From: Fistulifera solaris
Taxonomy: Eukaryota
DNA length: 64,000 nucleotides
Reading direction: 5' to 3'
Assembly (NCBI GenBank): GCA_030295235.1
Contig: AP026136.1
Coordinates: forward strand, 248,001 to 312,000
Below the pieces are notes generated by a model that was given only the letters and a program-made list of their open reading frames with translations, searched no databases and had not been told where the DNA came from. Made by a program: the position numbers and the translations under genes. This document shows, one piece after another, positions 12,540 through 24,891 of this stretch (position 1 is the first letter of the stretch; every line of letters begins with the position of its first letter).

Positions 12540-12573
12540 TTGATTGATTGATTGATTGATTCATTCATTCATT
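12540..12573. repeat. Compound tetranucleotide microsatellite (TTGA)n(TTCA)n
   Basis: ttgattgattgattgattgattcattcattcattc immediately upstream of the TYW2 start. Confidence 0.9.
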
Positions 12574-12888
12574 CGAGAGAACTTGATGAATTCTACATGT
12601 TCTGGGCCATATGCGGTGGTCCGGAGTAATAATAATACTTGTAGCATTCGTCTTGTTGCCCGCGGCGATGCTCGGTGCTCGGTTGGTTTTCCTGCACCGA
12701 CCGCGAGTCGTGTAAGGTCTGTTCATCCTCCGGATGAATAAGTCTTTGTATGACGTCATTACACAACGATTGACCAACCAAAAAAAAACAACCCGCGCCC
12801 TTCGCAACTTTTTTATGTTTATTATTTTCTCCCTTTTATTTTTTTACTCCTTTTATTTTTTTTCTTCTCTTTTCGTTCTCTTTTGTTG

Positions 12889-12927
12889 ACTCTACTCTAC
12901 TCTACTCTACTCTACTCTACTCTACTC
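12889..12927. repeat. Pentanucleotide microsatellite (ACTCT)n
   Basis: About 7-8 copies of actct directly upstream of the carrier gene. Confidence 0.9.
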
Positions 12928-12957
12928 TTCCATTATTCTTTATTTATACACACCATA

Positions 12958-12986
12958 ATGTCTTCGACAACAGCAGCAGCAGAAGC

Positions 12987-13026
<40 letters not shown>

Positions 13027-13521
13027 CTCGATGATGATGATGATGATGATTCCGAAAATTTGCATCATCCGGTCCTTCCCGATTCTCGTGCCACCGAAGC
13101 TGCCAAACAACTCTTGTGTGGTGGCATGGCCGGAGCCGTCGCCAAGACCTTGACGGCACCCTTCAGTCGTTTGACCATTTTATTTCAAGTCCATTCCATG
13201 GTTACCACGAAAGAACATCGTCCCAAATTTGCCATGTCGTTAAAAGGAGGGGTCGATAAAATCATTGAACGTGGTGGTTTTCGAGCCTTATGGAGGGGCA
13301 ACATGACGTCGGTCTTGCATCGATTTCCGTATTCGGCCATTAATTTTGCCGTTTATGAACATACGTTAGATTTGCTCACGGAACGAAAACATCAACATCA
13401 ACAACAACCACAACAACGACAACGGTACGATCCTCCCGAAACGACAGCACAATTGGTCCGACGAATGACCAAAATTGTCATGTCAACGAAACACGACGAA
13501 GAGTCATCGCCGTCTCAACAG

Positions 13522-13572
<51 letters not shown>

Positions 13573-14214
13573 AACAACAACAACAACCATTCCTCTTTGG
13601 ATAATACCAAACCATTGCACAAATTCATTGCCGGAGCCGTGGCCGGTACGACCGCCTGTTTGGCGTGTTATCCGTTGGATTTAGTCCGCACTCGATTGAC
13701 GACAGAATTGGAAGGACACGAACATTATAAGGGCATTCGGGATGCCTTCCAAAAAGTTTATCAAACCGAAGGTGTCACTGGATTCTATTCCGGAGTAGGA
13801 CCAACCTTACTGGTGGCGGTGCCCAATTTTGCCATTTCGTATACTGTCTACGGGACCTTGAAAGAATATACGCTCGATGATGATTTGTTTTATAATTTGC
13901 GGCGCATCGATGCGGATAGTGGGGAACCCAAATTGGGATTTTGGTTGACGGTTGGTTGTGGTGCGTGGAGTGGGATATTGGCCACCTTGGTGACGTTTCC
14001 GATGGATACGATACGACGAAGGATGCAAATTCAATCCTTGCATGTGCCACTGGAACACCGCATGACCTCGTATCAACAAATGCATTCCTTGATCACCAAG
14101 GAGGGATTGGTTTCGCTGTATCGTGGTTTGACACCGGAAATTCTCAAAGTAATACCCATGGTGGGGACGATGTTTACCGTATACGAATTTGCCAAGGATC
14201 ATTTGAATGTGTAA
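12958..14214 (+). CDS. Mitochondrial substrate carrier (SLC25 family) with homopolymeric tracts
   Basis: Three carrier repeats with Px[DE]xx[RK]xR-type motifs (TAPFSRLTILFQ, YPLDLVRTRL, FPMDTIRRRMQ); poly-T, poly-D and His17 tracts. Confidence 0.92.
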
Positions 14215-14872
14215 TTAATGAACAGTTTGGTACTTATTGTACAAGGGGCTTTCGTTTTGGCAATTTAGGCAATTTTTAGGCTTAATAAATGTGCGTCAAG
14301 TAAATAGCATAGTCGACCCTGGCGGGTGGAAAGGACTTTTCTATTTTTTTTTTCAAAGAGACTTGTACAGGACTGGCCCAACCTCCCGCTCACATACGCC
14401 ATGCGTTCTTCCATCATTAAAACATTTGATAAATTGTTATTCGATCAGGAGTCAAGAGGTACTCGCATTGTGAAGACACTCGTCCTGCATCGAAAACGAA
14501 GAACATGGTCGATCTATCTATCTTATTATCTACTATACTATACTATACTATTGGATTGTTTTAGTCCGCTTTCCTTTGTAGTATGTTTCATGTGTCGGTT
14601 TTTCGTTGCAAAGAAAAAAAAATGAAAAAATAATGAACACCTTTTACTTACTGTCGTTGCGGGTTCGGTGTGGTGGACAGACAAACGTCCTGTCTCAACT
14701 CTCAACGTCTCTCCTACTGATTCCCGGTAAGACATTTTCTTTCAAACGTCATTATTCCTCGGCATCCACGAAAGCCAAAGTACGGAGTAGAAAAAAAATC
14801 ACACAACACCTCAACAAGAAGTCAACACATTCCGTTTACATTCCGTTTTGTTCTGTATGTTGGAATGAAGGC

Positions 14873-14874
<2 letters not shown>

Positions 14875-14902
<28 letters not shown>
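14875..14902. repeat. (GA)n dinucleotide microsatellite
   Basis: About 14 AG units upstream of lycopene cyclase. Confidence 0.9.
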
Positions 14903-14906
<4 letters not shown>

Positions 14907-15007
14907 CATATTATTATTATTGTTCTTACACATTAGATCGTCTGTTTCATTTCGCAACGTTTCGACGACAAGTTGTTTTTTCTTTTTTGACATTCAAAAT
15001 CTCCAAC

Positions 15008-17106
15008 ATGTCGAGTGGACGACACTTCTTCTTGACACTACAACAACTACTACTACTACTACTCGTCGTGACCGAGGCCTTTCAACCATTCTTTCATCGT
15101 CCGGTTGCCTTACCGTCGCGTTTATTATTCGCGTCTTCTCCGACCTACGATGATACGTGTGATATTCTTGTCTTGGGGAGTGGCCCCGCGGCTCGCGCCA
15201 TTGCTTCGCTGTTGGCCGTATCCGATGATCTCGATGTTCTTTTGACCGATACGAACATCGACAAAGAATTTGTCCCCAATTACGGAGTGTGGCAAGATGA
15301 ATGGCAAGCTGTCGTGGATCGATATGCGGCCGCCGGAGTCAGTCTCGATGGCAACGATGTACCTTCTTCCATCAATCGATTGTGGAAAACGACCGATTGT
15401 TATTTTGGTGGCAGTTTTGAAATTCCTGTCGCAGAACGACTCCGCATCAATCGTCCGTATTGTCGTATTGATCGATTGGCGTTGCGGGAAGCACTGACAC
15501 CAGGTCTCGCCACCAATGGGAATGCGCCGTACCGATGGATGGCAGCACGGCACATTAGTGAAGCCTTTCAAATCAATCTATATCAACCGGCCGGGACGTT
15601 GGTCCATGATGCCAATGGCACCACAATTCAATTGGAAACTTTAGAACAAGAACGCCTCACGGTACGAACGAAATTGATCATTGATTGTACGGGCCACGAA
15701 ACCAAATTGGTGTTGCGAGAACCACGCGGTGGGAATCATGCGCCACCCGGATTTCAAATTGCGTACGGGGCCTTGGTGCAAGTTGATGAAACCGAAAGCA
15801 CCGATTTGACGCAGATTGGACCGTACGATAAGGAAGCCATGACCCTGTTTGATTATCGGACGGATCATTATGTTGATCCCGAAGATGAAGCCAAAGTGGG
15901 TGCCGCACCCACCTTCATGTACGCCATGCCGCTCTATGACAATCTCATTTTCTTTGAAGAGACGTCGTTGGTCGCACGCCCAGCCGTGAGCTTTCAAGAA
16001 TGCAAAGATCGGTGCATTGAACGCTTGAAGTATCATCGCATCAAAGTCACTGAAGTCTATGAAGAAGAATTCTGTTACATTCCCATGGGTGGTGCCTTGC
16101 CGGCAAAGGATCAACGTATCATTGGGTTGGGTGGAAGTGCGGTCATGGTACATCCCAGTACCGGCTATCATTTGTGTCGTGTCATGATGGCTGCGGCCGA
16201 TGTGGCGGAAGTCATTCGGAACGAATTGGTCGAAACCGCACAGCCCAATTTGGATCGTGCCGCCGCTGCGGCCTATCATGCCATTTGGTCACCCGAAAAT
16301 ATTCGGCAACGCAATTTTGCCGTATTTGGGGGAGAATTTCTCATGAAACAAGACGTCGTGGGCTTGCGTGGATTCTTTGATGGGTTCTTCCGCTTACCAC
16401 TCCCTCTGTGGGCGGGATTCTTGGCGGGATGGCCCGGTTTGCCCAACAACGACAAACACGAATCGTGGTGGGCGCGTTTGTGGTACGGTTTGAATTTTAT
16501 TGTTCGAATTCCAGGACCCGTGGCGGCCGATATGGTATATAGTATCTTGACGTATTCGCTGTTCCGAAATTTGTCGTTGATGCAGTCAGTGACTCCTTTT
16601 CTGGGTGCTCCGGAGAGTTATGAATACAAAAGAACATTGATACCGTTGGAGATGTTGCAGCCAAGCAAGAAGGTCGACGAATGGTACAAGCATCGCAAAT
16701 TACCATGGATCTACCCCGCTTCTTCGATGATGACACTGGAACAAAAGCCGAGACTGAAACTGCCTTTTTCCTGAAAGATGATGTCCCTTTCGTTGGCACC
16801 GTTTTCCCGGAGAAGAAGGAGCCCGTGTCCATTGTCTTTCGGGAATCCACCGTACAAGACAAACCGGCCCAGAAGGAGTCAATCTCTACACAGACAGTAC
16901 CGGACGAGAAAAAGGAAGATATTGCCATCGCCCAACAGAGAGTAAAGGCCCAAGAAGCTTTGTTGAAGGCTCGTTTGGAATATAGCAAATCTACTACAAC
17001 GGCGGAGACTTCATCCGATGATCTGGCACATGAACCAATGGACGCCGCTACACGACAAGAACGAGCCCGCAGAGCTATGATGGAAGTCAGACTGAAACGC
17101 AATTAG
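15008..17106 (+). CDS. LCYB: Lycopene beta-cyclase, plastid-targeted
   Basis: Signal + TEA-FQP presequence; DILVLGSGPA FAD motif, NYGVWQDEW, FQIAYG, PTFMYAMP, FFEETSLVARP, EEEFCYIPMGG, HPSTGY; frameshift in an A-run near 16630 links to ORF 16681-17106. Confidence 0.9.
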
Positions 17107-17198
17107 GTAAAAGTGCTTCTATTCTAGATTGTATCAACATCAAAATAGATAAAAAAAATGTTTCATTCGGTACAAAGGTTTTCTTTCTAGGATAAGAG

Positions 17199-18004
17199 TT
17201 ATACATCCAGATAATCGGGGTGCGCTGATGACGGTAATCCCCCTTTCCGTAACGGTTTGCCATTCGAAAAGTTCCGCATTTCATTTTCCACCTCCCGGCA
17301 AAATTCAAGCCGCCCCCGGCGGGAGAAAACACCACGGTGAGGCGGGGACACGAAAGACAACACAAGGATCGGTCCGGCTTGCCCGCTGATCGCGGCCAGA
17401 GCCAAAAGGGAGTCGAAGGCATAGTGGTGACGATGGAGACGCCGTCCATCGGTGTCGACAAGAAACCTCGGTAGGGTTGGGATGTGAGAATGAAGCAACA
17501 CGGCATGGACGTTCCGACGCGTCGGATGGAAACAATTTTGTCGAAGGGAACATCTACTTCAATGTTTCCGATCCAAAAACGGAGTGTTCCATCGGCTGTC
17601 ACATCTACGGATCGAACTAAATTGTACCAAAACCAAGCCAGTAAAAACAAATTCGCGAGGCAAATTCCGACAACCGTTCCGTGAGCCCCGACGGGTACGG
17701 CGGCAATCATTAATCCAATAAAGACGGCCTCTAAGATGATGATTTGGATTTTGAAGCCTTGATTCGAATATATGAGTAAGTATTCTGATTTTTGACGTTA
17801 CAACGAATCATTTTCTCCCACTTACTCGTCGAAAACGGAGCCGAGTGAAACGAGTGCAACACGCTGCCATCGTCGGTCACGTAGGTCAATGACTGTGAGA
17901 TAAGAAGCGGATCTTCGTCAGCCAACATTTCTGCTTTTTTGTTTTTGTGCTGCTCGAGCTAATTCTTGCGCGGCCTGCGTTGATGATTCGGATTCCAGCG
18001 CCAT
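17199..18004 (-). CDS. Hypothetical two-TM membrane protein with PH-like soluble region
   Basis: Reconstructed from fragments: MALESESS… (frameshift ~17938) …SAPFST | intron ~17758-17825 (GTAAGT…AAG) | FKIQIIILEAVFIGLMIAAV…LAWFWYNLVRSVDV…VPFDKIVSIRRV…(frameshift ~17300)…PDYLDV*. Confidence 0.6.
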
Positions 18005-18775
18005 GGCGCTAATGATTGCAACGACGAGTCGATTTGCCCAAGAAAACAAAAAAAAAAAAGCAAGGAATTGCACTTGGCAGTTTACGCTCCTTGCGTGAAG
18101 CGCCTGCACTCCCAATGATGATGTCGTTCCTACTTTCCAAAAATACATCGAATACCAGATGTGGACCAACGGAAATGAAGGACTAATGGAATGGAATGAG
18201 GAATCAAGAATCTGCGTGACTTATTTTTTATGGTTTATTTTAAAAATGACTTACACTTATTCCAACCGATGACGGAAGCAGTGACGTACGAAGTCGGACG
18301 AAGTACAAACAACAGAATCCTTTGTACTTTTCAATTCATAAAACATCCAGAGGCTGCGATCTTATCCATGAGAATCAGTTCAACTTCCAATGCTCATAAT
18401 CCGTCTTTGCTGGTCAACGCTAAAACAGATACGTGTTATTTTTACTAGTTAAGCAAATTTTGTTTTCGGAAATAGACCTAATTGAATTAGGTTGTTTTTT
18501 GATATTTTGCTTTTAAAATAGCACACATGGGCTTGCGCGGATAGCGACTGTCACTATGGAGGTCATTTGTTGGTCCTTGGACGAATGACGGGCCATCATG
18601 GCAAATCATTTTCGCGTGAAAAAAACTTCGTCACCGGCCATCGGTCCCTCGAGTACCGTACCGCACGCTCTTTTGCGCTTGCGTAAGTTGGGCAGCGAAC
18701 CCTTTTGCATCATTGCGCATCGAACTGCTGCCTTTACTACAGTATTATTATTGTCTTACCCAAATAATAGAAAAA

Positions 18776-19460
18776 ATGAAAGTTTCTGCAGCTGCTTGTC
18801 TTTTGTTGGTTTCATCGGCAACCGCCTTTGCTCCTTCCCGACCGGCCTTTTCGGCCGTCTCATCGCTTCGCATGACCGAAGAGGTAGAGGCGCCCCCTGC
18901 CCCCAAGGCCGATGTCGGAGGGGCCTTGGTTCCGATCAAGGAAGAAACTGTTGAATTCACAGCTGGTCTGCTCGGTGGTGCCTTTGGTTTTGCGGTGGGT
19001 GGACCATTGTTTGGTGTGATTGCGGCCGCCGCCGCCAACTACGTCTCCAAGATGGATGGTGACGTATCTGATGTTGTACAGGCCGTCTCCAAGACAAGTA
19101 TTCAAGTGTTCAACTACCTTGCCACTCTAGACAAAAAAGTACGAAGTGCTCAAAAAGGCTCAAGGATCCCTCGAGAATGCTCTGGATAACCTCAAGAAGC
19201 AGGAATCTGTGGACCCTGCTACGATTGAAAAGGTGGAGACAGCTTTGGCCAACACCAACAAGAAAATCAAAGAAGTCAATGATGAATACGACCTTGTTGG
19301 AGGTGGTATCACAGCTCTCGGTGTTGTTGGTGATCTGGTGGAAAAGATCGTCGACAAGGCCGGGGAATTGAACAAGGAGTACCAGCTTACCGAGAAGGCC
19401 AAGGAATCATTGAACAGCGCTATTGCCAAGGCTAAGGCTGCTGCCAAAGAAGCATCTTAG
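18776..19460 (+). CDS. Plastid-targeted hypothetical protein with Gly-rich hydrophobic segment and helical C-terminus
   Basis: MKVSAAACLLLVSSATA-FAPSRP is a textbook diatom ASAFAP presequence; frameshift in an A-run ~19135 joins two ORFs; strongly biased codons. Confidence 0.8.
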
Positions 19461-20784
19461 ATATGTATTTCGTCCTCGTAGAAGAAAGTTTAACTGATGA
19501 AGGGAGTTGAGTCCATTAAACTTTGACTTGTTCGTAAGTTTGATGCAACGATACCAGAAAGCTAATTAAATTTGCCTTGCATCACCTTAGTTTTACCCAT
19601 TGACTTATGCTACCAAACTTCGCTCCACTCCTTGCATGCCTTTTACAACACGGAAATTATTATCCTCGAGAAACAACACTTCTTCGTAATTTACTTTGGT
19701 GTGTCTTTTACTGCGAGCCCTCGACGTAGTCTTTTGCGAGTTAAGACGTTTTGACGGTCTAGTCGGCTACAGCACGCCCTATTGTGCTTTGTCCGTCTCG
19801 AAATCATTGAAAGTAGGGCCAACAAATTGCAGATTACAAAGTATAAGTGACACCACCATCCAACCGATTGGCTTGGAAAGGAAACCAAAGATCCTTTGGT
19901 GTCTCCGTCCACATAATTTTCTCATATTCGCAATGGAGTGGCATCTTGCCTGAAAGAGGCTAGATAATTTAGTCTGACAAATAGTGTTTTGCTCTCAGCG
20001 ATCGGATGAACAAGGTACTGCAAAAATGCAAAACTACTTCATTCCCATTTAAGGCATCCGACGGTACTGGTAAGGGGGTCATCGCTGTAATCCAAAAATA
20101 CAAAAGTTTTGTCTAACATTGTTGTCTACTGGAGATATGCTTAATGCTTATGCTCATGCGCGGCCGAGGGCCGGGTGAAAATAATGATCCTAGCTAAAGA
20201 AACCCGGATTACAAGTACCTGCTGGGGGAACCTTAGCCGGATGTGGAACTGACCGATTGTTTTCGAGATAGCTGGCCCGCGCACCCGATCGCTGATTACC
20301 GGTTCCAACGGAAAAACCAGTTTTCGGCTACTTAGAAAATGCTTCCAGTGTATCGATTGCAGAGTATGAAGTTCGAAGTCGCAATGGATGCTGCCATGGT
20401 TGTGAGCACTGCGCTCGAAGCAAAATTAAAATTTCAAGAAGAATGCAATAACCTTTCCCATGCGCCGATGATCCAAGCCAGCATCACAGCATCCTTTCCA
20501 ATACATCGAATTAAATTCACAGTTTGACAGCAGACAGGTCCACGAGAGGGACCAGCAATTGAGGGTTCGACGTATTTTGACTCACAACGTGTTGACGAGG
20601 CCACACTGAAATACACTGATCATTTTTTATATTTTATAATAAATATAATGCAGTCCCCGCGAACGCCGAGTATGTCGATCCAGGAACGCATTCGAGCGAT
20701 GAACGAAACGCTTGACAAGGTAGAAGCAACCCCGTTGTAGAATTGTCAAACTCCACTCCATCGGAAGAAAAAACAATATTGAAT

Positions 20785-23700
20785 ATGGAGTCCTCCGCTG
20801 ACAAAGCACAACAATCCGCATTGCATTCGGAGGAGAATGCTTCCACACCTTCTTCAAAACGTACTTCTGTAGTAGATATGTGGAGAAAGAGAGAAGGACC
20901 CAAGACAACGGCGAGTCCTTCCACTGCGGAGCGTCCCAAAGGGTCTTCAATGTCAGGGGCACGTCAAGTGGTAGTGACACCTCCCTTTGTACAGAAACGA
21001 AGATCACTCGTTACTTCGCCTGAATTGACGTTGCCTTCAGAAAGCAACAAAGTAGAGAGTAGAGCTACAGATGGTGGGGAAGATCATAGGAACGAACCGG
21101 CAAGCGTAGTGCGCAATTCGTGGCAGCACAAACAGTCCCCCGTTCAGCAATCGCCAGCTTCTGTGCCCAAGCCTTTCTGGGTCTCTTCACCGAAAGTGAA
21201 TGGTGTTAAGGAATCGCAACCCTCTCAACCTCCAGGAAAGATGAATAGTCCTATTGTGTCTCCAAATGAGACAGACGCGCCACCCCGAGCCCGAGAGAAT
21301 GTTGCTGCGTTGCTGTATTCACACTTAGAGAAAGATGCTCCCAAGTCTCCCAGTTCCCTGGATTCACAGAGCAAGCAGCAAATTGTGGCAACAAAGATTC
21401 CTTCTTTTAAGAAACGTGCACCTGTAGACTTGACAATAGTCCCTTCCACGAACGATCCGGAGGCAGATACCCGATCGACACCTGGAAGTAGGAGGTTATC
21501 CGACTTGGTAGCAGTCGTTCAAAAGCACGAACTAGCGGAAGGTTCTCCTCTTCCGGAAATTCTTAGTACGAAAGCTTCATCGCCAGCGATAGAATCTCCG
21601 GGGATGAGGAGGTCGAGCGTGGTAGATTTCTGGAAATCTCGAACGACGCAACCCGTCGCGGATCGTCACCCAGCCAACGTACCGCGCAAGTCGACGGCCC
21701 TTCCTGCTGCATCATTAAAAGATGTTTTTGAGAAAATAAAAGAAAAAGAAGCGCCTATCGAGAACAATGACCAGCACGAGATGAAGCCCGATGTTGCACC
21801 CAATGTAGCACAGCTGGAAAAAACAAACGAAGCGGACAATGAGACTGTTGCCACCAGTACCAGCGTTGCTGACCGATGGAAGCAGAATATAGGAAATCGT
21901 TCTAAAGAAAAGAATCAACTTCCCCGTGATCGACCTTCTGATGCACCACGGACGTCAACGGCTGCTCTCTCGAGTACACTGAAAGATATTTTTGAAAAGA
22001 GAAAGGACACGAATCACTCGGAAAGTAATGCAGAGCTAGGCAATCGTTTCAAAGACAGTGGTCTGCAGCAACAGAAACCAGCGGTGAAGAGGGAAACCGG
22101 CACGGCCAGCGTCTTGAATAGGTGGGTTCCGAATGCGGCTACTCGCGTTCCTGAAGCACCTTCATCGAATCGAGTCGCAGTGGAGCTTTCTTCAATCGTT
22201 TTAGAACCCGACGAACCTTTCGAGGGGACAACTGCTGCGTCACCACACGCTATTAGCTTTAAAGAGAAAGCGCAGTTGTTCGAAAAACCCTCTAAAAATC
22301 AACCTGAAATTTCCGCTACAAAGAGAACGCTGCATGTTGGGAACACTGTCTCTGGAAAATTTAGCGGGCAACCAAAGCCATCACCTGCAGTAGAGGCTGC
22401 TTCAAAGCGTTGGAATCGAAGTGTCATAAACAAGACTACCGCAGGTAATACTACCGCGTCTACATCCGGGAATGGTCGTCTGCCACAATTTCCGCCAATG
22501 CATCCTAAGAGAGGCCCTCCTTTGGAAGGATCTCCCAAATCTATGACTTCCTCACGCCATCCTTCGCTACGAAGTTCTATTGTCCAAGAGGATGGCGTGA
22601 TTTCGAGAAATTGGGAAGACGACTTGTCTGGCCCAGGAATGTCATCAAGCTTGGGTTTGCCTAATGACAGTCTCTCGGACCCACAACCTACAAACGATAG
22701 TGGATTGGAACCCGAGAGGTCGATAGTGGACAATCTTCCCCGAGAGAAAGAGGCCCGCGGTACAGCGACACATGCACGCTCAGCATCGACTGGATCATTC
22801 GGAGAACTTCTACCAGATTCCGTTGGAAACCCGACACCGTCTTTGAAAAGACACGCTAGAATACCTTCTGCCGGATCGATGGGTGATCTTGGAGCTAGGT
22901 ATAGGGGTTCTTCTATCGAATCCATCGATGACGCTATGGCACCGACTAAAGAGTCCAGCTTGAAACAAAGTGAAGAAACTAGGAAGTCTAATGATGAATC
23001 GAACAGGAAGACACCTTTGTCGTCAAGGATAGCGCAGTCCTTACTAGAGCAAATGAAGTCTTCGGAAGCATCGGGCCTGAGACCAGCTGAATCGACTGTT
23101 CTTCCTAAACCATTGCGATTTCAAAAGGTGGATCAAGAAGTATCTGGGGCTAAGAACAACCAAGCAAAGTCAGGAGACTCTCTTGTTTCTTCCAAAGCAT
23201 CTGCGTTCGATACTTGGCCGTCAAACAGCGAAGAGGGATACGAGCATGGCTTCGGTGGCGATCGCAAGCGCAACCGACGAAGCTTGGCGAGTCTTGGAAA
23301 AAGGCACATTGCAAAAACCTTAGCGCAAAAAGCTACGTACAGCGATGCATCCAGTTTGGTTAGCAATCCAGCTACCAGCCTTTTCAGCGGTAGCAGCCAG
23401 CGCTCAACAAGGTCGCTGGGCAAGGGGACAGAAGGGACTGTGAAATCATTGAATGTGGTCACTAGTGATTGGTCAGATAGTGCATGGCCTACTGACGGAG
23501 TGGGTCCAATGTTCAGTTTAAGTGTAGATTCCGGTTCACCAGGGCAAACAGAAATCCCTAATGAGGTTGTAACACAGAAAATACAGCCTCAAGATCAACT
23601 CCTAAGAAACGAAACCCCCAGAAGGAGACCCATGAGCAAGAAGCCTTCATCGACCAAAAGCAGCAGCTCTGGCAAATTTAACATCCCAGATACCTTGGAA

Positions 23701-24805
23701 CCTATCGATGAGTATCAATGGTCGCAACAAGCAGCGAATATCGCGTCACAAGCGATTCCTCAACCTTCGGAATACACAGCACTAGATGTGTCCGTATCAG
23801 ATCCTAAATGGCAGAGTGCTTCGGATATGTCCTTTGGTATGAAGCCATCTCTACACTCTCCTGGTCTCGAAGACCACAAATCTGATTTTTCTGTTTTCAG
23901 CGACTCTGGCATTAGTAAAGCTTCGTCGACATCTTCCTTGGCGAACAGAGCAGAACGGGCTCTCCAAGCCCGACGAAGAAAAAAACCGAACACATGTCAC
24001 TACCGTGAAGGAACCGAACATGCCCGCGCAGGTCACGCAGAACGTCGTTGGTCACAGTGAACAAAAGCAGCCAGCACGGTTAGCTTCCCCTTTACATGCT
24101 TCCAACCCTAAAGGTAGTTTTGAACAAGGAGAAGTAGGTTTTCGATACGATGAAGCCTATGTGCAATCGTTATCCGAAAAGCGAAAAGCAGCTGGATTAA
24201 GGACCACCTACAATACTTCCTCGCGCTTCATGGAGGAGGAAGAATCAGATATTCAGTCTGCGCCGCCTCGGGTCCGCAAGCCTGTAGAAGATGAGGGCTC
24301 AGTGGAGAGTGGTGCAAGCTCTTATCGAACTTTGGAGACGGCAACATCGGAGAGCGAAAGTCCATGGTCAAAAGGGCATTCGAAGCGACGCGCTACTGGC
24401 CCTGTTCCAGAAAAGTTCATTGATGAAAGTGCAGAGAATATGGACAACTTTCAAAAAGCCTTTGAATCTTTAGGTCTTTCGCAGATTGCATCTGATCTTG
24501 CTCGGGAAGTAAGATTAGCAACGTTGGATATATCGAATCTTGCCAAAGGTATGAATGAAACTGTCAAGACGTTCCGGGCCCCGGCATGCACGAAAAGCAA
24601 GGCTTTGGTCCCAAAGGAAGACGCGCCTTTTGATGAGGATGTTGCTATTGAAGTTGAATACCTTGAAGATTATGCTGATGATGATGAATTAGAATCAAAT
24701 CCCGCCATGTTGCATGGAAGCTTCAACGATTTTGATTTTGAAGACGAAGTGCCCTTCGATCAACCACCATCACAGGGTCGCGGTACCAAATCTGCCTATG
24801 TTTGA
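20785..24805 (+). CDS. Large Ser/Pro-rich intrinsically disordered protein
   Basis: 1105-aa + 266-aa ORFs joined by an indel near A-run 23979-23985; C-terminal EDVAIEVEYLED motif; start uncertain (TTG 20743 or ATG 20785). Confidence 0.7.
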
Positions 24806-24891
24806 ACATTGGAGAACACTTCCCTGGAAATGCGATTTGAAGCTACATTATGTGTACTGTAATTAGTGTTTTCATTGCAAAACTTAGCAGT

